Shown piece after piece: positions 39,989-51,507 of a stretch of DNA of 64,000 bases. Source of the DNA: Vermamoeba vermiformis (taxonomy: Eukaryota); contig JBEWZL010000003.1 of NCBI GenBank assembly GCA_045837725.1, forward strand, positions 434,001-498,000. Reading direction: 5' to 3'. The position numbers and the translations under genes are program-made. How positions within the stretch are numbered: position 1 is the first letter of the stretch; each line of letters begins with the position of its first letter. The notes beneath the pieces are model-generated. The model was not told where the DNA came from. It ran no database searches and worked only from the letters and a program-made list of their open reading frames with translations.

Positions 39989-40168
39989 CGCTGCTATTTT
40001 TAGCTCTCAGCTCTCTGGGAGACACTTGCCTTATTTGTACATTGAACCATGGCCTGGTTAATTCTGTAAAAATTAATTTGTTTAATAAACAACATGTATT
40101 TAACTCGAATACACCGCTGATACATATTTATACTAGCAAATACCCCCCTATTATATTCATTGCTGTAA

Positions 40169-41362
40169 ATGGCCAGTCAAGCAGCCAAGGCGATCAGTCG
40201 GATCCCACCCTTCCCCTGGGACGGAGCAGTGAACTGGTTCCCTGGTCATATGAACAAGGCTATTAAGAACATCAAGTCCTCGTTGAAACTCGTCGATACT
40301 ATCATTGAAGTGCGAGATGCACGAGTGAGTTCAAAAACATTTTTAATAATCATCCTAGCGCATCTATAGACATTAGTGGATAGCTATAACACTAAGGACA
40401 TGTTAAATTAATTTTTAAAATTCAAGATGCCGTTCTCTTCAGCAAATCCAGACATTGGCGCCATCACGAGCAACAAACGTCGCGTAGTGGTGCTGAACAA
40501 AGCTGAACTGGCCAATCCAAATATGACCAATCGGCTGAAGACACTGCTGCCTAAATTAGATCGCTCTATCTACAGCGTGGTGCCGCTCACAGCCAAGGAC
40601 ATCCACAGCGCATCTGATCCACTCATTCGCGAGCTCAAGCTGCAGTGCATCAAGGGCCGCGAGATGAAGCGTGGCGGTGAGTTCGTGTGGCTCGTGATGG
40701 GTGTGCCCAATGTCGGCAAGTCCACGCTGCTGAACAAACTGCGCGGCAAGGCAGTGGCAAGTGTGGCAGCCAAGGCAGGCTGGACGCGTGGTCAGACCAT
40801 CTATCGCGTGGCACTCGACGACATTGCGCGCGACATCACTGCCAGCAGACACGTCTTGGAGCAGCGCATGGGACAGCAAGAGAGCACCGCGCAGTACCAG
40901 TACACGGCACTGCTGCTCGACACGCCGGGTCTGCTGTGTCCTGCAGGGCACTGGTTGACACGTGACACTGTGACACGTGACAGCAAGACGTCAGACGAAG
41001 ACCTGCTCATCAACGATCACGTGCTCGCAGATAAAAATAGCACCTACGTACTGCCCGGCGAGATTGGCTTGAGATTGGCGCTGTGTGGCAATGTGCCAGT
41101 GCAGCACGTGCCTGAAGGTGCAACACTAGTGCTCGAGTACCTGGCACACATCTTGACGCACTCCAATACGACCACGTGGCAAGAGAGACTCGAGATGACC
41201 GATCATCGCGGTGCAGTGCGGGCCACGCAGCTGTTGCAGCACGTGATGCAGCGCTGGGGCAAGAGTCAAAGTGCCGCGGAGAATTGGATTCTGCAACTGT
41301 TTCAGAACGGTGAATTGGGTCGATTCACCCTGGATCCGATACCCACTGTAAATAAGAACTAG
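40169..41362 (+). CDS. Circularly permuted ribosome-biogenesis GTPase, MTG1/RbgA(YlqF) family
   Basis: NWFPGHM, EVRDAR|MPFSS, NKAEL (G4), GVPNVGKS (G1), DTPG (G3), GELGRFTLD. One intron. Confidence 0.9.
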
Positions 41363-41416
41363 ACATATCACCGCTGTAGTTGTGAGGCCAAGTTATGTAC
41401 AAATACACCTGTTTTA

Positions 41417-44045
41417 TTATTGCTGCACTTGTTTGAGCAGTGACTCAATCGAACTCGGTCGCCACTGACCACCCACTTGCGTCAATATCAGATCCTTATC
41501 TACAATTATAGGCACACTGCCGAACATATAAATAGGCTTGCCGTCGTGTTGTTTCTTGGTAGGCACAAAGCCCAAGCCATTATCATCGGCCAGCCGTTCA
41601 ATCATCTCGCGGAATGTCAAGGCCTCGCTCAGTGGCACGCGTTTGACAGGCGCAGTGACGGGCACTTCAACTTTCGGGGCTTGAATCGGCACTGGGGGCT
41701 GTATTCGTGCCATATCGAGTGGTGGCAGTGCAGTGCCGCTGAGCACAGCGTTCATGAGCTCGAGTGCGCAGTTGAATTTGTCGCGTATTCGCTCGTGTGT
41801 TTGCAGCTCATCGGGGAACATCTTTTTCCAGTTCAAATACCAACGCATCACCTCTTCGTAGTTGGGCGCAGTCGAGAGCCACAAGTGCAGCACATTGAAC
41901 CACTTGGGAAAGAATTCAAACTCGAAGATGGGAATGAACAAGTGCGCGGGCACGAGGTCGTGCCAGTTCATCACCCACTGAAAGCCATCGATCACTTGTT
42001 GCTGCGGATTGACAATGAACTCGCGCATGGCCAGACTCAGCTTGGGCAAGATCACGCGCACGAGCAGTGACTCCCACGTGTGTTGATCCCACACTGCACG
42101 CAATGGTCGCAGCAGCGCGAGTGCAGATTGATCAGCAGGGTGCCACGCTGTCAGTGCATTGAGCAGGGTGGGCTTCAACACGGCTCCGAGCTCGTGCAGT
42201 CGCGGACCAAGCACCACACGCCAGGGCACTAGCCACTGTGACAGGGGCTGGGGGTCTTTGGTCGGATTCCACCGCTCCACTTCACGCCTGAGTCGCGGCA
42301 GCAGTGAATTTTCAATGACTAGATCACGTGCCTCGACTGGCAAGACATCTTCCCACGCGGCAATCAAATTGAGGCCAGCAGCAGCGTCACGTGCATTCCA
42401 CTCGCGATTGAACCACTCCGTCAGTCGCGGCAACACGACATCAGCGAGCAGTCGCGTCCACGGTGTGACACGGCGGTGACGTCTGTCATCTTCATCGTCC
42501 TCGCTGTCACTCAGCAGTGTGTACCACGCACTCACCAGACGCGGACCAAGCTGCTGATCTTTTGTCGGGTCCCACGCTCCGAGATGTTGTTTTAACTAAA
42601 TTAGGAAAGTGTCAGCAAGATACCACGAATGAATCATATGACAATGACGTACCAATGGGAAGACAAAGATGTAGGCGAGTGATTCGAGCTGATATTTGTT
42701 CCACTCTTCGACGAACTTGTTTTTGAGTAGATCAAATATCTTGGCGATGAAGTCGAGGGTCAATTGATCGCTCTTGGAATGCAGCTTCTCTTGACACTTG
42801 TTCACAATGGTCAGGATGTCTTCTACGCGCTGTATATCTGTCATGTGCGCACATTAGTCCCTACTATAGTACCCTGCATAAGACATGTACGTACCACCCT
42901 CTTCAATCTCCAATTGTTGCTTCAAGGTGACTTCTTCGCGTTTGAGTCCTTTGAGCACATTCTCTTCGTGTCTGCGGCGCTGATCGATCGAGTGTATCTG
43001 ACCCTCTTTCACATCCACCAACAGCGCGACATTGCTGCGCAGTTCGGGCAAGAAGCTTGAGCGCGTGATAATGTCGCGCTGTGAAATTTGATTGGCCCCT
43101 GAGAGCACTTTGACTTGTGGGCCACGCATGTCCAAGATGACTTGTTGCGCGCTCTGAGCCTTGCCGCCCATCACCTCCTCGACGGTCTTGTACACCGTCT
43201 TGCGCTTGGGGGCACTGCGCTTCCAGTGCTGTTCGCGCGGCTGTTCAGGCGCGAATTCCTCAGTGTCCATCGCGTCAGTCTCGTCCTGCACCTCCTCGTC
43301 CAGATCTTGAAAGTGTCGCAGCGACTGATCAGTGCGCTCACTGAAGTCACCGTAGGACAGACCTTGGTTCTTCGGTCGCAACTTGACTTGGATCGGCTCG
43401 GCTAGACCTCGATCTTCTTTGAGACTTCCCTGCACGTAGCTGTTAGTACTGCCCCTAGTGTATATACCTCATGCCATACGTACTCCCTTCCAGCCCATGC
43501 TCTTCAACAGCTTGTGACCAATGCCGTAATTGGCATTCAGTTCGTGGTCTGACAGCTCCGGTACGGCTTTTTTCTTCTTCTTAGCGGCAGTGATTATTAG
43601 TGGTGTTCTTATTCTCGCTGCTCTTAGCTTCTTTGCCCTCGCTGCGTGAATGGTCGCTCTTTTCTTCGAGCTCTTCTTGCACCTCTTTTGTGGGCACGCT
43701 CTTGCCGCTCGATACGAATGACAAGGGGGCTGAATAGCTACATCACATATTAGAGGCCTTATTGGCTTACTTCAATATTAATAGCTACTTACTCTTTCTT
43801 GCTTCGTTTAGCACTTCTACTGTCTTCTTCAGAATCTGATCCCTCTCCAAAGACACCATAAATTGAATCTTCTTTATTGTATTTTCTTTTTTCACGTTTG
43901 CTGTCTACATTGATAATGTAATTAATATCAAATTTTTCTCGAATTATTTGAATTTCTTACCATAAAAAAATTCGCCATTGATCCACTTTCCGCCTTCATA
44001 ATCATTGTCCATATTGAACGGCTCGTATCCACCTTGGTGTGACAT
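41417..44045 (-). CDS. TFIP11: Tuftelin-interacting protein 11 / Ntr1 spliceosome disassembly factor
   Basis: N-terminal DYEGGKWINGEFFY, G-patch GIGHKLLKSMGW...PIQVKLRPKNQGL, GCFC region, FFPKW, PNYEEV..WY..WK. Confidence 0.92.
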
Positions 44046-44467
44046 TATGTACGATTGTGTTATTTACAATTCAATGGTGTGAGTGACATGGTCGTCTACG
44101 CAAACAAAAACAGACACTAATTTTACTTGCTTTTTCAAAGAGTTCGCAACAACTCCGCCTCCTGAAACCAAACATCAAAATAATTAAGTACTGAACACAC
44201 TATGATATAACTATTCGTAAACCCTCGCTGGCGAGTGCAGTGCACTCAAGTGTAACGAAAAATAGCGATCATCGCGAAATGGTGCCACCGCATACTAGCC
44301 TCACGAAGCTAGTGATTTTATTGTTATTAATGCTCCATGCGATCGTCTTTTTCGACAACGCCAGTCCTTATTCTCGGGAAAGTAGTTCCTCGTAATTTCT
44401 CAGTTCCCTCAAGTTTGGACTGCGGCGAAAGGCACTCCATTATGCGATTACATAACAACAGTGCACC

Positions 44468-45208
44468 ATGAGTAAGAACAAAAGTAAAAATAATAATAAC
44501 GGGCCAGAGACTATAGTAATGATATTGGTGGGTTTGCCGGGTAAGTCTCTCAGTTCGAAATAAATATCAAGACTACAACTTAAATATTATCCTCGCAAGC
44601 GCTATTATACTTATGGATTATCTGCTTTAATTGGTGTCAAGTTCATTAATTCGATTAATTTTCTCAACCACAACAAAATTAACGCCAAATTTCATTATTA
44701 ATTAGGCAGCGGTAAATCGACACTGAGCCAACAGCTCGAGAAATTTGGTAAGTTAAAAAGACAGCAATTTAAAATATGTAGCCTAATTCGGTTTGAAGGG
44801 TGGATCAGAGCCAATCAAGACGATCTCGGTACAGCAGAAGAGTGCAAAAAATTGATGAACAAAGCCATCAAACACAAGAAGTGCGTGATTATAGACCGCT
44901 GCAATGTGCACGCCAAAGAGCGCAAGATGTGGCTCACTGACGCGAAGAAGGCAGGGGTGACGCACTTCGAAGCAGTCTATCTCAATCCAGGCGTTGAAGA
45001 GTGCAAGAGACGAGTGCGCGAGCGGAAAAAACATCCCACTTTGAGTCCAGAGAACGGTGACGCTGTGATCGACGACTTTGCAAAGAGTTTAGCGCCCCCT
45101 GAGGCCTGGGAGGGGTTCGACAAGATCAGTGTGGTCACCACCAGCGATGAATTCAAAAAACTCGTCAAAGATTATCAGAGTTACGACATTAATAAAAAGC
45201 CTCTTTAA
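44468..45208 (+). CDS. P-loop nucleotide/polynucleotide kinase-like protein (AAA_33 type)
   Basis: Spliced MILVGLPGSGKST, W.R.NQDDLG, IIDRCN, R..HPTL, P..WEGF. Confidence 0.85.
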
Positions 45209-45296
45209 TCCAACTCCCACTGCCTCTAGTGCCGTGTTGTTGGATGCACTAGGCACTACTGTACAGATGTAACATTTTGTTAAATAAATCAAACAA

Positions 45297-46692
45297 CTAC
45301 TCGTCACTGTCACTACTCTTACTATTGCTGTTGCTACTGTTGTCGCTATCGTTGTTGTTGCTGTCACCGCCACTGTTGTTGTGATCGCTGCTGTCACTCT
45401 CATTGCTGGCCTCATCCTCGCTGTCACTGCTGCTCGAGCTCTCGTCCTCGCTGCTCACACTGGAGTGCTTATTCTCAGCGCTGTGCTGACTGTAATTGCT
45501 GTCCTCGTCGTGTGAATCATCGCTGCGTTGTGAACTCGCGTCACTGCCTCGACTAGACTTCTGTTGGACACGGCGCTTTTTGACCACTCGCGGACCACTT
45601 CGTGCACTGTCATCGCTGCGTTCACTGTCACTATGATTACTCGCAGCCTTATTATGGTTATTTACCTCATTGCTGTTCTCGTCCTCGCTGTCGTTGTTCT
45701 CTGCACTCTCCTCCTCACCATTGTTATTATCCTCATCATTGTCTTCATCGTTGTGGCTACTTTCATGGCTATTGTTATCCTCATTATTATGGCCCCCTTC
45801 ATCACTGTTATTATCCTCATTGCTATTATTATCTTCGCCATTATCCTCATCCCTATGGTCCTCTTCATCGCCGCTCTCTCCGACATCACGCATCGCTTTG
45901 TCCATATTTGCAGTGTGCCTGTTGTCACCATCACTCTCCTCGCTACTCTCACGCATGGGCACATCGTCATCAACGTGCTTGTCCTCGTGCGCGGTATGTT
46001 TGCCAGCTTTGTTTCGGTTGTCAGGCGCACCCTGCTCAGCGCTCAACGACTCTTGGATGTGTTTTGACCGCTCTCTCATAGCGGCATATTGAGCTTCGAT
46101 CATCGCAGTGATCGCGTTGTTCTGAAACATGTCGCACAGGGGCTGAAATGCGCGCACCACTGCCCACGGTGTCAGTACAAAGTGGTGGTAATTCGAATGT
46201 AACTTACACTTTTTGTGATAGTATATCACGGACTGTTCGGGTGGACAAATGGAGGTGGTTGCATCGAATATAATAACCTCTTGCGGTTCTTTGTAGCTGG
46301 TGCGCTTCGTTCCATCTTGCGAGTTGGGACTCAGATCGGACTTGGACTTGTTCAATCGACTGCTAATGCGACTAGGACTCGTGGGATTGGTGAATTTCTT
46401 GTGCTTCTTCAGCACCGGGCTCTTTTTAGGCTTGGATGCTCTACGCAAGAGCCAGTTAGTAGCTGCAAATTTAATAGAACTTACTAAAAAATCATGATAT
46501 TAATCGAAAAATTACGTGTGCCTATTATGGTTGATAAATAGAAGGCAAATGTTTCAGATCCGTAATTACGTACTTCGGTGCTGCGGAGGCTATGTTATCG
46601 AGAATAGGCGTAAGACCCAGTTCCTTTAATTTATTTTTGTTTTGTTCTCGTTTGTCTTTAATTCGCTTCTCGTAGTCGCTGGATTCTTCCAT
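45297..46692 (-). CDS. Unknown nuclear-type protein with a long D/E/N/S-rich tail
   Basis: Exon 1 (ATG 46692) MEESSDYEKRIKDKREQNKNKLKELGL is spliced to ORF 45297..46448. Basic patches and acidic low complexity. Confidence 0.7.
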
Positions 46693-46921
46693 CTCTGCTG
46701 CGATCTCAGAGGGAGAACTGCTGTGCTAAGCAAAACAGGAGAGATGATTACGAAAATATAAATAATTGGTTCACGAGAGGAAGATTGTTGGTTCCGTGAC
46801 TCATTAAGACGCAACTACTAGCAATTTGAGTCAATTCCGACTTTTCTTTTTATTTCTCTCCCAACTAAGAAGAACACATCGGCCACTTAATACATATTAG
46901 CAGTCCGCTCGATTGTCTAAT

Positions 46922-49498
46922 ATGTTGAAGCAAATATTAGCGGCTGAGAATTTGAATCAGCCAAATTTGAATGCAGAAACCGAGAATCTGTCGGATATAA
47001 CTGACGACAATGGCCAATTATTCGTTAAAGGTAGAAATATTGTGATGATAATGCACAATGATATTGTAATAACAACTTTAATACATAGTTATGCAATGTT
47101 CGAATTTTTTGATCCCGCACGAGAAAGGTAAGAAATTAGATGTGGTTTATACGAAAGACGGAAGCAGACTTTATACTTACAACCTCTCCTATAATTATAA
47201 TAGAATGTACTGGATTGTATGCCATCATTAGTTTAGAGAAACAAGAGCTCCGAACTTCAACTTTAGAAATTATAACCGGTTCCGATCAGAAAAAAAGTGT
47301 AGAATGGAATCAAGAATGTGCTTTGTAAGTATTGAAGCTCGATTTTATTATTCTTAAGGTCTCCAAATTCCTAATTTATTTTGGGGTTTTATTCCGTTTT
47401 GGTTTGACAACGGATGTCAACAATTTCGATCACGTCTTCTAGAAAAATTAAATCGTTCATCGAAGCTTCGATTAATATTTTTATTCCATTATAGAGACGT
47501 CACTCAGCCAGAAGCTACATTAGCAATCACAGTATTCGCCAAATATCCACGCACTTCGTTGTCGCTTGGAAAGATCACTCTGCCCATTAGTCAACTGCGG
47601 CGCGAAGTGACAGAAGCGAAATATATATTGAGACTACGGCGCGTGGATGACAGCACACTAGAACTAGCGCCAGAACTGCATTTGGGCGTGCGGTTCGTGC
47701 ATATGAACAATGTGAGTGATTGATCCGGCATTATTGTTTCGATTCATAATTACTCCGCACTAATCGTGACTATGATGGCAAATATACTCATATTATTAAA
47801 TGCAGAAAGTAGGCCCCGATGATTTTGAAATTCTCGCAGTGGTGGGCAAGGGCAGTTTTGGCAAAGTGTTTCAAGTGCGCAAGAAAGACACGGGCAACAT
47901 ATTCGCGATGAAAGTGATTCGCAAGGACAATGTGGTCAAGCGCAATGCCGTGGAGCACACCATGGCCGAGAACAAGATTTTGAAGCACATCAATCACCCG
48001 TTCTTAGTCAATCTCAAATACGCCTTTCAGACCAAGCTGCACCTCTACATGGTGATCGATTACCTCAACGGCGGTGAGCTGTTCTATCACCTCACGCGCG
48101 ACGATTACTTCAGCGAAGAGCGCACTCGATTCTACGCCGCTGAAGTCGTGCTGGCCCTCGGCTACTTGCACGACAACAACATTGTGTATCGCGATCTCAA
48201 GCCCGAGAACTTGTTGCTCGACATGCAAGGTCACATTTGTCTCGTCGATTTTGGACTGTGCAAGACTGGACTGGGATTTGACACCAAAACGCACACCTTC
48301 TGCGGCTCACCCGAGTACATTGCCCCTGAAGTGTTGCGCGGTGAGGGCTACAACAAAGAAGTTGATTGGTGGGCCCTCGGCACTCTCATCTACGAAATGC
48401 TTACTGGCCTCGTAAGTGTCTCACTGTTGATTGCTGGCTGTTATTAACCTCACTGTTGTTAGCCACCTTTTTGGTCAGAAGACGAAGATGTGATGCACAA
48501 TAAGATTCAATACGCTCCTCTGCAGTTCCCGCCCAACTTCAGCGAGGCCGTGAAAGATTTGTTGCGCGGTCTGTTGAACAGAAATCCCAAGAAACGACTG
48601 GGCACGGGACTAGACGGCACCGAAGACATTAAGAAACATCCTTGGTTCAACTCGCTCAACTTCAGAAAGTTGTACAATCGTGAAGCAGAGCCGCCATTCA
48701 AGCCTCACATTGTAAGTGCCTCTTTTCGCTCTATTTATAGCAATTACTAATTTCAATTAGACCAACATGCTTGATTTGAACTATTTCGATGAAGAATTCA
48801 CACGCGAGGCGCCACAGCTGTCGTACACCGGCACACCTGGTTTCAAATTCGACCAAGACATCTTCTCTGGCTTCTCGTACAACGGCGAGTCAGAAATGCG
48901 CAACTTTGGTGATCACCCAATGCCACCGAGCTCACTGTCGCGCAATGGTACGTGATCGCAGTGCAATTCGATTGGTTTGACTGACACGTGTCATTCAGGT
49001 GCTCTTGAACGACGTCGTAGATTTTCATCTGCCAATGCCCCGCCACCTGTTGGTTCAGTCAACTCGCGACTAAAAGTAGCCATTAGCAATTCCTATAAGA
49101 CGAACAACGTGGACATGATGGAGAGTGATTACGATGGTAAGTTGATTGTTGCTTGTGATTGTGTTCTCTTTGAACTCACTGTTGTTGCAGAGTCGCTCGA
49201 AGACAAGATGGTGCGCATGAACAGCCTGCAGCAGGACACGATGAACATCACGCCCGTCTCCTCGCTCGGCAACTCCTACACCACCAGCAAGTCTCCGCAA
49301 TTCGTGCAAGGTCGCGTGGCCACGAACAATTTTCAACGTCCAGGCAAGCCTCAATCTCCACAGCGCAAGATGTTGATTGGTGTCAACAAAGAGATGCTAT
49401 CACCGCGCGATGACATGTCTGACATGAGCGAGGACGACTTTGACGATGAAAATCACACGCCCTCGTCGCAGAGCAACTTGATGTTTGCACTGGAGTAA
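46922..49498 (+). CDS. AGC kinase with an N-terminal C2-like domain (Ypk/Gad8/Sch9/SGK-like)
   Basis: GKGSFGKV, FAMK, YRDLKPEN, DFG, THTFCGSPEY, hydrophobic motif FSGFSY. Upstream exons give C2-like GQLFVKV..WNQEC.LDV..LGKITLPI. Confidence 0.88.
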
Positions 49499-49862
49499 GG
49501 AGCCACGCACCTCACTCGACTGTACATATTTGCCTTGTAACATAGTTCTCGCTGATTGCCGCAGACGAGAACAGATCTGTTTCTATATTTAGCTCAGCCT
49601 TTTGTCGGATTTTCGCTGCTGTAAATTAATAACTCATTAGCTCGGCGTTCATTTTGGTGCAAATAAAACAACTTTTAAAACTTAAAATCGCTTCATTATT
49701 ATAATATTGTTCCTTGCGTTCATAAGAATTAAAGCCTAACTTGCCACAGTTTGACAAAACTATTCAATACATTTTATTTTGTTCTGGGTAAAAGGGGTAA
49801 GATAAATTAATAATGGGTTGCTGACTACTAGTCGGTGGGTATTTGATGTATTACGATCAAAT

Positions 49863-50953
49863 TTAGTTGAGTTCATCAGCTTGAGTGTAACCGCTAACGA
49901 GTTTGTCGACGAATGTGTCGTAACGAACTCGGCCGTTGGCATCAACCTCAATATCAGCCATCAAAGAGTCGACCTACAATTAAATACAAGTTAATATTAT
50001 ATTTGACATTTGTAATCAGATCGGACAATATAAAGGCCGGCTTATTTTTTAAAATTTAAAGAAGACGGTTGCATACTCGCAATATCTTATTTTGTGGTAT
50101 ATCAAATCTAAATACTTACTTCTTGGTGAGAAAGAGGCTCTCCGACAGTCAAAAGCATTTGACGGAGTTCAGATTCAGCAATAGTGCCGTCGTTTTCGGC
50201 ATCGAGGATCTTGAAGGCGTCGCGCATAGCTTTATCTTGTTCAACAGGGGTTTTGAATTTCTTGCCGTAAGCAGTCTTGAAAAGACCAAAGTCAATAGCC
50301 TCAACACTTGAGCCTACAAAAAAAGTCGGTCAGATACACCCCTTTTATCGCAAGTGGAGGCTCCATTTAATTATCTAAATATAGTATAGTGTTCCAAGAT
50401 GCTCAGACATCAATTTGAACGTTGGATAATCAATGTTGAATCCGATGTGTTCCGCTGATATTTTTTAAACCTGCAACAATTTTCTTTCGAAAATGACAAT
50501 ACAAGCAGTTACTTACCGAACTCCTTCAAAACTTCTTCAATTTCAGCTTCAGTGGGGTTCTTGCCTGCGTTTGGATAGGGTTATTAAAGTCCAAAAAAAT
50601 CGTCGAAGCAAATGCATTCAAAAAAGTAAATTTTAAACTGTACAAATTTTGTTAACTGCAACAATATAGAACCAAAAAATCAATTCAAACTCGTGCACGG
50701 AATAATAAGCCGAGTTAACTTATTGCAAAATAATACTCACCCAAGGCACGAATGCAGGTGGCCATATCTTTTTTGCTGATAAGACCGTCATTATCGGTAT
50801 CAAAAGCAGTGAAGCAGTCCTTCAAGTCGTTTTGAGTGGCAGTCTAGCGATTATAATTATTAGTATTCGTTTTTTTAAAATTTAAAAAAACCGATCAGCG
50901 GTTGGAAAACCGGAGTAGTAAAACTGAGCATAGCAAGACTAATAACATACCAT
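49863..50953 (-). CDS. Calmodulin-like EF-hand protein / myosin light chain
   Basis: Spliced MTATQNDLKDCFTAFDTDNDGLI...IRALGKNPTEAEI...DAFKILDAENDGTIAESELRQMLLTVGEPLS. ATG-only first exon. Confidence 0.88.
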
Positions 50954-51507
50954 GATTGTATATGTGTTGTGGTTTAGACCTTGGTGTGGTAAAAATAAAA
51001 GATTTCAGCAAGTGTGCACGAATCTCTGTCGCGAAGATTTTTTGGCTGGCAGTTAAGTCACGCTTTTCTTCTACCGAGATTTCGTGTAGTTAAGTCACGT
51101 CGAACTGTGACACCACGCATTTAGTTGGCTTCAGTCTCCCTAGTGTTAGGGTTCAACGCAAATTTGGTCTCAATGAATGTTGTTGCGCACTGGATCCGAC
51201 TTCAAACTGGTTTATACTTTTGACACGTACAACAATCATCAAGTCTTGGGTTACGTTAATGAGGGGAGTGGTGTTTGATTCGAATGTCCCTTCAAAACGA
51301 TCACGTGCTTTTTTTTGCCCGTTTTCACGAAGAGTCGCACTGCAAAAAAAATTGCATATTTCATTAACACCTGAACGTGCTAACACGTAACGTGTCGAAT
51401 ACAATAGCTAGCGATAAGCGCACCGGAGCCTAGTATTTATTAAAAGCGGTTCCGTTACATTTCTGAACTAGTTCAGATTCAAGAAACGTTCTTCAACTAG
51501 AGAGTTC

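Noticed and set aside
40169-41362. Bacterial contamination or HGT of rbgA
   Set aside because: The gene has a spliceosomal intron and host-type motifs, and organellar MTG1-like GTPases are normal in eukaryotes.
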